From: Candidatus Limnocylindria bacterium
GTDB lineage: Bacteria; Chloroflexota; Limnocylindria; P2-11E
Reading direction: 5' to 3'
DNA: 64,000 nt
Assembly: GCA_035651155.1 (NCBI GenBank)
Contig: DASRGG010000005.1
Location: forward strand, 74,503-138,502
Program-made: the position numbers and the translations under genes
In this document: piece after piece, positions 37,090 through 48,198 of the stretch
Layout: each line of letters starts with the position of its first letter
Numbering within the stretch: the first letter of the stretch is position 1
The notes under the pieces: generated by a model
What the model was told of the DNA's origin: nothing
What the model saw: only the letters and a program-made list of their open reading frames with translations
Database searches by the model: none

Positions 37090-37937
37090 GCGTCCTCGCC
37101 CGCTCCTACGAATCGCTGGACCTGGTCCGCGAAGGCGCGGAGGTCCGGGAGGCGCGTCTGGATCTGCCCGTACACGTCGTCGATGTCGGTCTGGTCGCGG
37201 TCGTACGCGAGCAGGTTGCGCAGGTTCGCAAGGTGCTCGAGCCGGTACGCCAGCGGCCGCTCGATGATCCCGTGCCCCGCCACGGCATCCAGTATGTCGT
37301 GATACGCCTCGGGCCGCGGAAGGGCGAGCGCCATGACCAGATACGCGCCCGTGCCGAACAGGAGCTCGACCGCCTGCTGCAGATACCACTGCGCCAGGCC
37401 GTACAGCTTGGGGTCCGACTTGAACTTCGCGTGCTCGATCGCGCGCAGGTCCTCGAGCAGCTGCGTGTACTCGCGCAGGCGCGCGAGGCGCGCGGCGATG
37501 TAGTCGCGGTCGATCGCGAAGCGGTCGCTCTTGGTGCGCTCCGCGAGCGCCTTCGACTGGAGGTCGTCGTACTTCTGGAAGTCGAGGTAATCCATCACCG
37601 CGCGGGTCTCCCACCGCACGCGGCGCTTCTCGTCGCGCTGGTAGAGGATGTTCCACGAGCGGATGACCTGGGCGCGCTGCAGCAGGCTCGCCTGGTTGAG
37701 GATCACCACGTCGAGCCCCTCGGTCTCGAGCGTCTTCGAGAGCTCGCTCACGAAGTAGACCTGGTAGTCGAAGAACTCGTTCGCCTTCACCTTGTCCAGG
37801 AGAAGGAGCGCGACGTCGATGTCGTTGTAGGCGCCCGCGAAGCGGCGGCCTGAGGCGTTGCCCTGCGTGTAGGCCGCGTCGACAGGGCTTCGCTGGAAGA
37901 GCGCGTGGAGCTGGGCCTGCCTTTCGAAGAGGTCCAT
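37086..37937 (-). CDS. Fused nucleotidyltransferase (MNT/Pol-beta NTase) + HEPN-like (HepT/DUF86-type) protein, inserted between purQ and purL
   Basis: N-terminal NTase motif GNASGRRFAGAYNDIDVALLL...GLDVVILNQ (GS, DxD, third Asp). The C-terminal region LEHLANLRNLLAYDRDQTDIDDVY aligns to the HepT RNxxxHxY motif with His replaced by Ala. 283 aa. This architecture also resembles KNTase-type nucleotidyltransferases. Confidence 0.6.
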   Translation of the reverse strand: MDLFERQAQLHALFQRSPVDAAYTQGNASGRRFAGAYNDIDVALLLLDKVKANEFFDYQVYFVSELSKTLETEGLDVVILNQASLLQRAQVIRSWNILYQRDEKRRVRWETRAVMDYLDFQKYDDLQSKALAERTKSDRFAIDRDYIAARLARLREYTQLLEDLRAIEHAKFKSDPKLYGLAQWYLQQAVELLFGTGAYLVMALALPRPEAYHDILDAVAGHGIIERPLAYRLEHLANLRNLLAYDRDQTDIDDVYGQIQTRLPDLRAFADQVQRFVGAGEDA

Positions 37938-37960
37938 CTCGGTCCTATCTATCTATACAT

Positions 37961-38674
<714 letters not shown>

Positions 38675-38798
38675 CCTCGAATGATGACAGGAAGGACCGC
38701 CGCGGGATTACTCCTGCGGCATCGCCAGCGGCACGGCGAGATCGTGTGCGAAGGAGCCCGCCACGCGATCAGATGAGCCGCGCACTCCCTGATTCGCA

Positions 38799-39815
38799 TC
38801 AGCCATTGATGTAGGTGTAGCCGAGACACTTGGGGACCTGTGCGACGAACGAGCTGTACAGGCTTCCATTCGGGTTGCGGATGACAACGGAGTAGCTCCC
38901 CGGAGGGACCGGCGACAGGCGGACGTATCCATAGTTCTGCAGCGTTCCGTTGATGTAGATCGCCTTCGGGCCGGGGCTCGTCGAGTCGGTGATTGAGATG
39001 AATTCCCTGCCGCAGAACGACCCCGGTGCGACTCCGCCACCGCCTCCCTCGGAGCGCGGCCACCAATAGCCCATCGGTACGTTCCCGACGGGGTTCGTGA
39101 CGACGCTCGGCTGATTCCCGACCACGCCCGCGCCACCCGTGAGCGATCCCGGATCGCTCGGTAGCGGCGCGACGGGCGCCTGCGCCACAGGGGTGGCTTG
39201 CGGCGGGACGGCCACCGGCACGCCGGGCACCTGCACGGCCGGCGCGGGCGGTAGCGCGACACCGGATAGGGGCGCGACCTTGTCGATGATCCAGAGCTGG
39301 TAGTCGGCAAGCGACGCGACGAATGCCGTGGTCGCGGCTTCCGTGGCGGATCGTCGCCAAACACCGACGGTGACGACCACGTTCCGCGTCCCCGTCGTGT
39401 AGACCACCGAACCCGCCGGAGCGCCTTGGAAGCTGTACGCGCACGCCTTCGCACCGTCGCCGACCACTGGCGCCCTGATCTCACCTGAGCTCAGCGCCGG
39501 CGGCGTATACGTCCAGTGGTCGCAGGTCGCCGCGGCGATCGCGTCGTAGGACCTCTCCGATGGGTCGAGCACCGTCACGTCGACGCTCACCCAGGGAAAC
39601 GCGCCGGGCCCACTCCACATGCGCGTCCAACTGTCCGTTCCAGCCTGCGCGTCGGTATCGACACCGTACCCCGTCAGTGGAAACTGCTCGGGGGGCAAAA
39701 TGACCTGCTCTGGTCTGAAGGTCACCGCATCCGGGATCGGGGAAGCCGCAACGACGCTCGGGGACACGGTGCCGGTGTAATACCCGGCGACGACGACGGC
39801 GCTGACGATCAGCAA
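38799..39815 (-). CDS. Hypothetical secreted/membrane-anchored protein (Gly/Pro/Val-rich, no recognised domain)
   Basis: N-terminal hydrophobic segment MLIVSAVVVAGYYTG. Diverse, non-Arg-rich composition and Cys pairs. Part of the roughly 2 kb island between purS and purQ. Confidence 0.45.
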   Translation of the reverse strand: MLIVSAVVVAGYYTGTVSPSVVAASPIPDAVTFRPEQVILPPEQFPLTGYGVDTDAQAGTDSWTRMWSGPGAFPWVSVDVTVLDPSERSYDAIAAATCDHWTYTPPALSSGEIRAPVVGDGAKACAYSFQGAPAGSVVYTTGTRNVVVTVGVWRRSATEAATTAFVASLADYQLWIIDKVAPLSGVALPPAPAVQVPGVPVAVPPQATPVAQAPVAPLPSDPGSLTGGAGVVGNQPSVVTNPVGNVPMGYWWPRSEGGGGGVAPGSFCGREFISITDSTSPGPKAIYINGTLQNYGYVRLSPVPPGSYSVVIRNPNGSLYSSFVAQVPKCLGYTYING

Positions 39816-39973
39816 GAGGCCGATGACGAGAAGCCGTGTGGCCTTTATGGGATGAGTCTAGGTACGTCCGTCAACAACGCCGGTGGATCGTGGTCGCTGC
39901 TCAGCGACTTTGACAAGGGAATCTGCTCAGAGACTTTGTGAGTGCCCCAGGGGAGGGAAAGGACGCAGTCGTC

Positions 39974-40411
39974 ATGCAGGAGGTCAAGCGCGAAGCGATC
40001 ATCCGGCGGATCCTCGCGGGCAAGCTCGACGTCACAGAAGCAGCGCTGCTGCTTGGGCTTTCCGAGCGGCAGATCTGGCGTCTCAAATCCCGCTTCCTCG
40101 CTGGTCCCGGCGGTCTCGCTCACGGCAACCGCGGCCACGCACCGGTCAACCGCATCGATCCCACGCGTGCGGCCCGCATCGTGTCCCTCGCCAAAGGGGC
40201 CTACGTCGGGATCAATGACAGCCAAGTCACCGATCTCCTCACCAGCCGCGAGGCGTTCAGCGATCCGATGCGCCGACACGACGAACAACGGAGGCTCGGT
40301 AACACCATCACCCCCGCACCGCGCCAAGGTGCGCTTCGAGGCAACGAAGAACGACGTCGTAGGGATCGTCGGGCGTTCCATAGACCTGCCACGTGCCACT
40401 CGGGAGACTGA
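39974..40411 (+). pseudogene. Remnant of an IS transposase (N-terminal HTH region only, ISNCY/IS1202-like)
   Basis: MQEVKREAIIRRILAGKLDVTEAALLLGLSERQIWRLKSRFLAGPGGLAHGNRGHAPVNRIDPTRAARIVSLAKGAYVGINDSQVTDLL matches the N-terminal HTH/ligand region of ISNCY-group transposases. After about 105 aa the frame degenerates and the DDE domain is absent. Two copies of CTCAG-N-GACTTTG about 27 nt apart lie upstream (about 39890-39940) and are a possible IR remnant. Confidence 0.5.
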
Positions 40412-40808
40412 ATTCGGTCGTGACGTGAACCGGCACGGTCTTCGATCGGTACTGCGTTCCCGTTCGGCCGTCAGCGAACGTGACCGCGGCTTCATCGTGA
40501 GCCGCGACGGTCCACCAGTCCGTGATGAACGTCACCGAGGAGTTCGAACGAGCCCGCTCAGGTGCAGGGGTGATGATGCGGATCATCGCGTCCGGCGACC
40601 GCAGCGCGTAGTCAGGAGCTCCGGGTGGGTATGACGAGCCGGTCCACCCAGGCGGCGCGCAACTGTTCACGGCCGCGAGGGTGTCGGTGCCGCGACGCGT
40701 TGGATTCACGGGCGTCGGATTCGGGGCCGAACAGGATGTCGCGCCGATGGCACTGATCACGAGCGCGGCAAGACCGCACCTGATGCGTCCCGTCGCGTTC
40801 CAGGACAT
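40308..40808 (-). CDS. Hypothetical lipoprotein
   Basis: Signal peptide plus lipobox-like LVISAIGATSC. Locally lower GC than its surroundings. Lies in the island next to the IS remnant. No recognised domain. Confidence 0.45.
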   Translation of the reverse strand: MSWNATGRIRCGLAALVISAIGATSCSAPNPTPVNPTRRGTDTLAAVNSCAPPGWTGSSYPPGAPDYALRSPDAMIRIITPAPERARSNSSVTFITDWWTVAAHDEAAVTFADGRTGTQYRSKTVPVHVTTEFSLPSGTWQVYGTPDDPYDVVLRCLEAHLGAVRG

Positions 40809-40820
40809 TCTCGACGGCCT

Positions 40821-41084
40821 CTATCGGTAGACCGTTTCGACCGTCGTGAGCTCGTACGTGTAGTCCTCGATCACCGGGTTCGCGAGGAGCTCGCTGCCCA
40901 TGAGCGCCACGGCCTCGCGCGCGGCGCCCTCGTCGGAAGCGTCGAAGGTCACGACGATCTCCTTGCCGGTGCGCACGCTGGACACGTCGAGCCCGAGCGA
41001 CCGCAGCGCGCCCCGGGCGGCGTCGCCCTGCGGGTCGCGCACCTCGGGCTTGGTCCGCACGTGGATCGTGGCGACGAACCTCAC
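40821..41084 (-). CDS. purS: Phosphoribosylformylglycinamidine synthase subunit PurS
   Basis: GTG start. VRFVATIHVRTKPEVRDPQGDAARGALRSLGLDVSSVRTGKEIVVTFDASDEGAAREAVALMGSELLANPVIEDYTYEL. Start overlaps the purC stop (GTGA). Confidence 0.8.
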   Translation of the reverse strand: MRFVATIHVRTKPEVRDPQGDAARGALRSLGLDVSSVRTGKEIVVTFDASDEGAAREAVALMGSELLANPVIEDYTYELTTVETVYR

Positions 41085-41968
41085 GGCAGCTTCTCTCCGG
41101 TGATGCGCTCGTAGCACTCGCGGTAGCGGTCGGCCGTCCCGCTGACGACGTCGTCGGGGAGCTCGGGCGCGGGCGGCTCCCTGTTCCATCCCGAGAGCGT
41201 CAGGAAGTCGCGCACGTACTGCTTGTCGTAGGAGGGCGGCGAGCCGCCCGGTGTGTACGTCGACGCCTCCCAGTAGCGCGAGGAATCGGGCGTGAGCGCC
41301 TCGTCGATGAGCGTGAGCTTGCCGTCGTAGAAGCCGAACTCGAACTTCGTGTCCGCGAGGATCAGGCCGCGGCCGAGCGCGTACGCGTGCGCGAAGCGGT
41401 AGAGCGCGAGGGTCGCCTGCTCGAGCTCCCTCGCGAGATCGGTGCCGACCATCGCGGCGAGCTGCGCGCGGCTGATGTTCTCGTCGTGCCCGGTGGTCGC
41501 CTTCGTCGCGGGCGTGAAGATCGGATCCGCGAGGCGCTCCGACTCGATGAGGCCCGGCGGCAGCGGCTCTCCCGCCACGGTGCCGAGCGCCTTGTACTCC
41601 GTCCACGCGGATCCAGAGATGTACCCGCGCGCGACGCACTCGATGTCCACGCGCTCGCAGCGCTTCACGAGCACCGCGCGCTGCGCGAGCTCCTTGCGCT
41701 CGCGGAAGGCCGGCGGGAAGCGGCGGATATCCGTCGACACGAGGTGGTTCGGCACGATGTGCGCGGTCTTCCGGAACCAGAAGCTGGAGAGCCGCGTGAG
41801 GACGCGGCCCTTGTCCGGGATCGGCGTCGGCAGAACGGCGTCGAACGCCGACAGCCGATCGCTCGCGACGATGACGAGGCGATCGCCGCCGGCCTCGTAC
41901 ACGTCGCGGACCTTGCCGCGCCGCCAGAGGGACGCGCCGGGGACGTCGGTCTGGACGATCGTGCTCAC
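41081..41968 (-). CDS. purC: SAICAR synthetase PurC
   Basis: GTG start (VSTIVQTD..., overlapping the purB stop as GTGA). An alternative ATG 33 nt upstream would overlap purB. Motifs RGKVRDVYE, LVIVASDRLSAFD, ILADTKFEFG. Confidence 0.85.
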   Translation of the reverse strand: MSTIVQTDVPGASLWRRGKVRDVYEAGGDRLVIVASDRLSAFDAVLPTPIPDKGRVLTRLSSFWFRKTAHIVPNHLVSTDIRRFPPAFRERKELAQRAVLVKRCERVDIECVARGYISGSAWTEYKALGTVAGEPLPPGLIESERLADPIFTPATKATTGHDENISRAQLAAMVGTDLARELEQATLALYRFAHAYALGRGLILADTKFEFGFYDGKLTLIDEALTPDSSRYWEASTYTPGGSPPSYDKQYVRDFLTLSGWNREPPAPELPDDVVSGTADRYRECYERITGEKLP

Positions 41969-43368
41969 TCGGGAAGTACCCCCTTCAGCTTCTCTCTCCA
42001 TAGCGCGGTGACCGAGCGGGCGACCTCGGGCGCGATGCCCAGGTAGTCCTCCGGGCGCTCGAGCGTGCGCCGCTCGGCCGGCGTGAGCTTCTTCAGGAAC
42101 GCGCGCACGTCGATGTCCTGCGCCGCGACCTCGAGCACCGTGCGCCCGCCGCGCTCGGCCTCGAGCGTGAGCTTGCGCACCGCCTCGTGCGCGTCGGGGT
42201 GCCCGTACTTCGCGAGCAGGACGTACAGCGGCTCCGCGACGATCGCGCCGCGCGACATCGCGAGGTTCGCCTTCAGGCGGTCGCGGTCGACGCGCATGTT
42301 CTCGAGCGACGAGGTGAGCCGTCCCGCGGCATAGGCCGTCGCCGCGAGGATCTCGCCCAGGAACCGCTGCGACGCGGAGTTCGTGAGGTCCCGCTGGTGC
42401 TCGCTGATCTGGTCCATGTACGTGGTGAGCACGCGCGGCGCCATCGCCTTCCAGATCGACTTCACGTTCTCGAAGGAGACCGGATTGCGCTTGTGCGGCA
42501 TGGTCGAGGATCCGACCTGGTCGGCCGAGAAGGACTCGGCGACCTCGCCGATCTCGGTCCGCTGGAGGTGGCGCATGTCGTCGGCCATGTTCGCCATCAC
42601 GCCGAGCGCCGTGACGCACGCGTGCGCCAGATCGGTCCACGGCTCGGGCTCGACGATCTGCGACGACATCGGCCGGGGGTCGAGGCCGAGGGACCTGAGG
42701 AATCGCTTCTCCAGCGCGCGGGGGCTCGTCGACGCGACGAGGCCCATCGCGTTGTACGCGCCGACCGCGCCCGAGAGCTTCCCGGGCAGGCGGCGCGCGA
42801 CGGCCGCGAGCGCCTGCGTGCGGTCACCCAGCCGGGAGACGTACTGCGCCATCGCGAAGCCGAAGGTGATCGGCTCGGCGTGGCGGCCGTGCGTGCGTCC
42901 GATCTGGGGCGTCTCGGCCTCCGCCTCGGCGATCGCGATGCAGCGCGCGACGAGCCGCGCGAGGGCCGGCACGAGGACGTGGTCCACGCACTCGCGATAG
43001 CGGAGCGCGTTCGCGGTGTCGACGATGTCGTACGAGGTCGCTCCGAGGTGGACGTACCGCTTCGCCTCGTCGGAGACGCGCGCGCGGATCACGTTCACCA
43101 GCGCGCGCACGTCGTGCCGCGTCTTCGACTCCTCGTCGGCGACCTCCTGCGGCGTGACCTGGTCCGCGCCCCGCGCGATCTCGTCGGCGAGCGCGTGGTC
43201 GATGATCTTCGCGTCGGCCATCGCGAGCGCGAGCGCGCCTTCGACGCGCGCCTGGTAGCGGATGACGGCGGCCGCCGAGAGATACGGTCCGAGCTCCTTC
43301 TGGAGCTTCGCGTCGCCGCCGACGAAGCGGTAGTCGATCGGGCTGATCGCGTCCCAGCGGCCGTTCAT
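41965..43368 (-). CDS. purB: Adenylosuccinate lyase PurB
   Basis: 467 aa with fumarate-lyase signature ...SSTMPHKRNP... Confidence 0.9.
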   Translation of the reverse strand: MNGRWDAISPIDYRFVGGDAKLQKELGPYLSAAAVIRYQARVEGALALAMADAKIIDHALADEIARGADQVTPQEVADEESKTRHDVRALVNVIRARVSDEAKRYVHLGATSYDIVDTANALRYRECVDHVLVPALARLVARCIAIAEAEAETPQIGRTHGRHAEPITFGFAMAQYVSRLGDRTQALAAVARRLPGKLSGAVGAYNAMGLVASTSPRALEKRFLRSLGLDPRPMSSQIVEPEPWTDLAHACVTALGVMANMADDMRHLQRTEIGEVAESFSADQVGSSTMPHKRNPVSFENVKSIWKAMAPRVLTTYMDQISEHQRDLTNSASQRFLGEILAATAYAAGRLTSSLENMRVDRDRLKANLAMSRGAIVAEPLYVLLAKYGHPDAHEAVRKLTLEAERGGRTVLEVAAQDIDVRAFLKKLTPAERRTLERPEDYLGIAPEVARSVTALWREKLKGVLPE

Positions 43369-43471
43369 GCTTTTCGCACTCGTCTCCGCCCGCTTCGCGG
43401 CGTCGCCTCGTCGCGACGCTCCGCTCTGGCGGACTCGCTCGTCGCGGCAAAGCCGCTCCTCGCTCGATTTT

Positions 43472-43951
43472 TCATCCGGCGAGCACCTTCGCCGCCATGC
43501 CCTCGCGGAGCATCTTCACGCGGCCGGCGAGCGCGTCGTCCGCGACCGCGAGGATCTCCGCCGCGAGGATGCCGGCGTTCGCCGCGCCGGCGTCGCCGAG
43601 CGCGACCGTCGCGACGGGGATGCCGCGCGGCATCTGCACGATCGAGAGCAGCGCGTCGAGCCCGTTGGCGACGGCGTTCGGCGCGACGAGCGGCACTCCG
43701 ATCACCGGTCGCGTCGTGAGCGACGCGACGACGCCCGGCAGATGCGCCGCGGCGCCGGCGCCGGCGATGAACACGCGGACGCCGCGCTTCTCCGATCCGG
43801 CGACCCAGTCGCGGAGCGCGTCCGGCGTCCGGTGCGCCGAGAGGACCCGCACCTCCGTCTCGACGCCGAGGCCGCGCAGCGTCTCCTCGGCGTTCTTCAT
43901 CACCGGCTCGTCCGACCGGCTGCCCATCACGATCCCCACGAGCAGTCTCAC
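43472..43951 (-). CDS. purE: N5-carboxyaminoimidazole ribonucleotide mutase PurE
   Basis: VGIVMGSRSD...LSAHRTP...VFIAGAGAAAHLPGVVASLTTRPVIGVP. ATGA overlap with purD. Confidence 0.85.
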   Translation of the reverse strand: MRLLVGIVMGSRSDEPVMKNAEETLRGLGVETEVRVLSAHRTPDALRDWVAGSEKRGVRVFIAGAGAAAHLPGVVASLTTRPVIGVPLVAPNAVANGLDALLSIVQMPRGIPVATVALGDAGAANAGILAAEILAVADDALAGRVKMLREGMAAKVLAG

Positions 43952-45318
43952 GCGACAACCACCTCACCCCGCGCGATGTCCGAACGATAGAACTTGCTCT
44001 CGAAGGTCACGCGCTCGGCGCCGGCGTAGGCCTTCTCGTGAGCCTCCGCGACGGTCGCGCCGCCGGCGACGATGTGGATCGCGCGGCCGCCGGCCGTCGC
44101 GAATCCGCCGTCGGGCAGCGGGCGCGTCGCTCCGTGGAACGCGTACACGCCCTCGGGCAAGCGGTCGAGCCCCTCGACGCGTTCGCCGATCTTTGGCACG
44201 GCCGGATAGCCCTTCGCGCACAGCACCACGTCGACGTACGCGCGCTGGCTGAAGCGAAGGGGATGCTCGCGCACGTATTCCGCGAGCCGACCCTCCCCCA
44301 GCGCGACCATGAGCTTCGCGAAATCCCCGCCGAGGCGCGGCAGCGTGACCTCGGCCTCCGGATCGCCGAAGCGCGCGTTGTACTCGAGCACCTTGTACCC
44401 GTCGCGCGTGCGCATGAGGCCGGCGAAGATGACGCCGCGATACGGGATGCCGCGCGCGACGAGCGCCCGAGCGATCGGCGCGATCGTCTCCTCCGCGACA
44501 CGCTGCGCGTCCTCGTCGGTCAGCACGCTGGTCGGCGAGATCGCGCCCATTCCGCCGGTGTTCGGGCCGGTATCGCCCTCGCCGACGCGCTTGTGGTCGC
44601 GCGCCGGGGGGAGCGCGACGACGGTCTCGCCGTCCACGAGCGCCTGGAGGCTCGCCTCCTCACCCTCGAGCACCTCTTCGAAGACCACCGCGCCGCTGTT
44701 GGTCGGCGGCGTGCCGATCGCGACGCGCGCCTCCTCGACGGTGTGGCACACGGTCACGCCTTTGCCGGCCGCGAGGCCGTCGGCCTTCACCACGAGCGGC
44801 ATGCTCCACCGCGCGAGAGCCGCGCGCGCGTCGTCCGCGGTGCGGAAGGATTCCCAGCGCGCCGTCGCGACGCCGGTCTCGGCCATGAGCTGCTTCGCGA
44901 AGGTCTTGCTCCATTCGATCTTCCCGGCCTCGCGCGACGGGGCGACGGTCGCGACGCTCGCGCGGCGCAGGTGATCGCCGACGCCCTCGGCGACGAGCTC
45001 GTCCGGTCCGACGATGGCGAGGTCGATGTGCGAGGCGGCGAGGTGCTGCTGGAGACGTCCCGCGTCGCGGACCGGGAAGTCGAGCACGCGCGTGAACAGC
45101 GCCATGCCCGCGTTGCCGGGCACGACGTCGATCGTGGCGACGCTGTCGCATCGCGCCAGCCGCCACGCGATCGCGTACTCGCGGCCGCCGCCGCCGAGGA
45201 CGAGGCAGTTGAGACCAGGCGCGCCGCCGGATCGTCCGGGGCTGCGATTCGCGCGCTGCTCGCGGATGATCCGCTGCACGCGCTCGCCGTCGCTCAAGAA
45301 GTCCTTTATCGCGCGCAT
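43948..45318 (-). CDS. purD: Phosphoribosylamine-glycine ligase PurD
   Basis: ATP-grasp GAR synthetase (NCLVLGGGGREYAIAW...VVKADGLAAGKGV...). The first ATG gives about 35 extra N-terminal aa relative to typical PurD, so the true start may be internal (GTG/TTG). Confidence 0.85.
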   Translation of the reverse strand: MRAIKDFLSDGERVQRIIREQRANRSPGRSGGAPGLNCLVLGGGGREYAIAWRLARCDSVATIDVVPGNAGMALFTRVLDFPVRDAGRLQQHLAASHIDLAIVGPDELVAEGVGDHLRRASVATVAPSREAGKIEWSKTFAKQLMAETGVATARWESFRTADDARAALARWSMPLVVKADGLAAGKGVTVCHTVEEARVAIGTPPTNSGAVVFEEVLEGEEASLQALVDGETVVALPPARDHKRVGEGDTGPNTGGMGAISPTSVLTDEDAQRVAEETIAPIARALVARGIPYRGVIFAGLMRTRDGYKVLEYNARFGDPEAEVTLPRLGGDFAKLMVALGEGRLAEYVREHPLRFSQRAYVDVVLCAKGYPAVPKIGERVEGLDRLPEGVYAFHGATRPLPDGGFATAGGRAIHIVAGGATVAEAHEKAYAGAERVTFESKFYRSDIARGEVVVA

Positions 45319-45385
45319 GCCTGTTCCTCCGCGCAGCGGCGTCGGCCTGGCGCCGGGGCCGCTGCGCGGACACCCGTCATGCGGC

Positions 45386-46987
45386 TCACTCCCACTCGAT
45401 CGTCGCCGGCGGCTTGCTCGAGACGTCGTACACCACGCGGTTCACCTCGGGGATCTCGTTCACGATCCGCGCGCTGATGCGCGCGAGCACGTCGTACGGG
45501 ATGCGCGCCCAGTCGGCGGTCATGTAGTCCTCGGTGGTGACGGCGCGCAGCGCGACGAGCCAGCCGTACGTGCGGAAGTCGCCCATCACGCCGACGCTCC
45601 GCACGGGCGTGAGCACCGCGAACGCCTGCGCGACGGTGCGGTAGAGATCCGCCGCGCGCAGCTCCTCGAGGAAGATCGCGTCCGCCTTGCGCAGCACGTC
45701 GAGGCGGTCCTTCGTGATCGCGCCGATGACGCGGACGGCGAGGCCGGGACCGGGGAACGGGTGGCGCCAGAGGATGTCCTCCGGGATGCCGAGCTCGGCG
45801 CCGACGCGGCGCACCTCGTCCTTGAACAGGCGCCGCAGCGGCTCGACGACGGCGAGGTCCATCACCTCGGGCAGGCCGCCGACGTTGTGGTGCGTCTTGA
45901 TGCGCGCGCTCGTCTTCGAATCGCGGCTCTTCGACTCGATGACATCCGGATAGATCGTCCCCTGCACGAGGAGGGCTTTGCCCGCTCCCGCGCCGACGAG
46001 GCCGATCTTCTTCGCCTGCTCCTCGAAGCTGCGGATGAACTCCTCGCCGATGATGGTGCGCTTCCGCTCCGGGTCCTCGACGTCCCGGAGCTTCGCGAGG
46101 AACCGCTCGGACGCGTCGACGTGCACGAGGCGCAGCCGCGGGCCGAACGTGGCGACGACCTGCTCGGCCTCGCCCGCGCGCAGCAGACCGTGATCGATGA
46201 AGACGCAGGTGAGGCGGTCGCCGATCGCCTTCGCGACCAGCGCGGCGGCGACCGCCGAGTCGACGCCGCCGGAGAGCGCGCAGATCGCGCGCCCATCGCC
46301 GATGGCGCGGCGCAATTCCGCGACCGCCTCCTCGACGAACGCGGCCGGCGTCCAGTCGCCCTCGCAGCCGCAGACGCGGTAGAGGAAGTTGCGCAGCACC
46401 TCGGAGCCGCGCGGCGTGTGCATGACCTCGGGGTGGAACTGCACCGCGAAGCGGTTCCGTCCGTCGCTCATCGCGGCGAGCGGAAGGCGGTCGGTGCTCG
46501 CGACGCCGTGGAATCCGGTGGGCAGGCGCTTCACCGTGTCGCCGTGGCTCATCCACGCGCGCTCGCTCTGGCCGAGCCCCTCGAAGAGTCCGGACGCGTC
46601 GCCGATCGTGACCGTCGCGGGGCCGTACTCGCGCTTCCCTTCCGGCGCGACCTCGCCGCCGAGCACGTGCGCCATGAGGTGCATGCCGTAGCAGATGCCG
46701 AGCACCGGGAAGCGGCCGTCGAGGATGGCCGGCTCGATGCCCGGCGCGTCCTTCTCGTACACCGACGCGGGCCCGCCGGAGAGGATCACGCCGACGACGC
46801 CGCGGCGCGCGAGCTCGCCGGCGGTCACGTCGTGAGGGAAGATCTCGCAGTACACGCGCGACTCACGCACGCGGCGCGCGATGAGCTGGGTGTACTGGCT
46901 TCCGTAGTCGAGGATCGCGAGGGTCTGGCGCCGCTGCTGGGCGGACTCCCCCTCCGTGCGGTGGAGGCGGGCGTCCGGCGCGCTCAC
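45386..46987 (-). CDS. guaA: GMP synthase (glutamine-hydrolysing) GuaA
   Basis: GATase domain ([18 protein letters not shown]...GICYGMHLM), the ATP-PPase motif SGGVDSAV, and the C-terminal dimerisation domain. Confidence 0.9.
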   Translation of the reverse strand: MSAPDARLHRTEGESAQQRRQTLAILDYGSQYTQLIARRVRESRVYCEIFPHDVTAGELARRGVVGVILSGGPASVYEKDAPGIEPAILDGRFPVLGICYGMHLMAHVLGGEVAPEGKREYGPATVTIGDASGLFEGLGQSERAWMSHGDTVKRLPTGFHGVASTDRLPLAAMSDGRNRFAVQFHPEVMHTPRGSEVLRNFLYRVCGCEGDWTPAAFVEEAVAELRRAIGDGRAICALSGGVDSAVAAALVAKAIGDRLTCVFIDHGLLRAGEAEQVVATFGPRLRLVHVDASERFLAKLRDVEDPERKRTIIGEEFIRSFEEQAKKIGLVGAGAGKALLVQGTIYPDVIESKSRDSKTSARIKTHHNVGGLPEVMDLAVVEPLRRLFKDEVRRVGAELGIPEDILWRHPFPGPGLAVRVIGAITKDRLDVLRKADAIFLEELRAADLYRTVAQAFAVLTPVRSVGVMGDFRTYGWLVALRAVTTEDYMTADWARIPYDVLARISARIVNEIPEVNRVVYDVSSKPPATIEWE

Positions 46988-46994
46988 GTGTCGA

Positions 46995-48125
<1,131 letters not shown>

Positions 48126-48175
48126 CTACGGCGCATCGATCGAGAAGGGGCAGGGGGCAGAACGAGCGGCGCGGG

Positions 48176-48198
48176 AAGTAGCGAAAGGGCGAACGCGT
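48176..48198 (-). terminator. Candidate stem-loop terminator after the TasA/SipW operon
   Basis: GGCGAAC-(6)-GTTCGCC hairpin immediately 3' of the last gene's stop on the minus strand. The downstream tract is only weakly U-rich. Confidence 0.3.

Noticed and set aside
34873-37302. 809-aa and 548-aa plus-strand ORFs antisense to purL/purF, and similar ORFs opposite guaA, purD, purA and the dnaB genes
   Set aside because: Compositionally biased (Arg/Ala/Asp), no conserved motifs, opposite unambiguous housekeeping genes.
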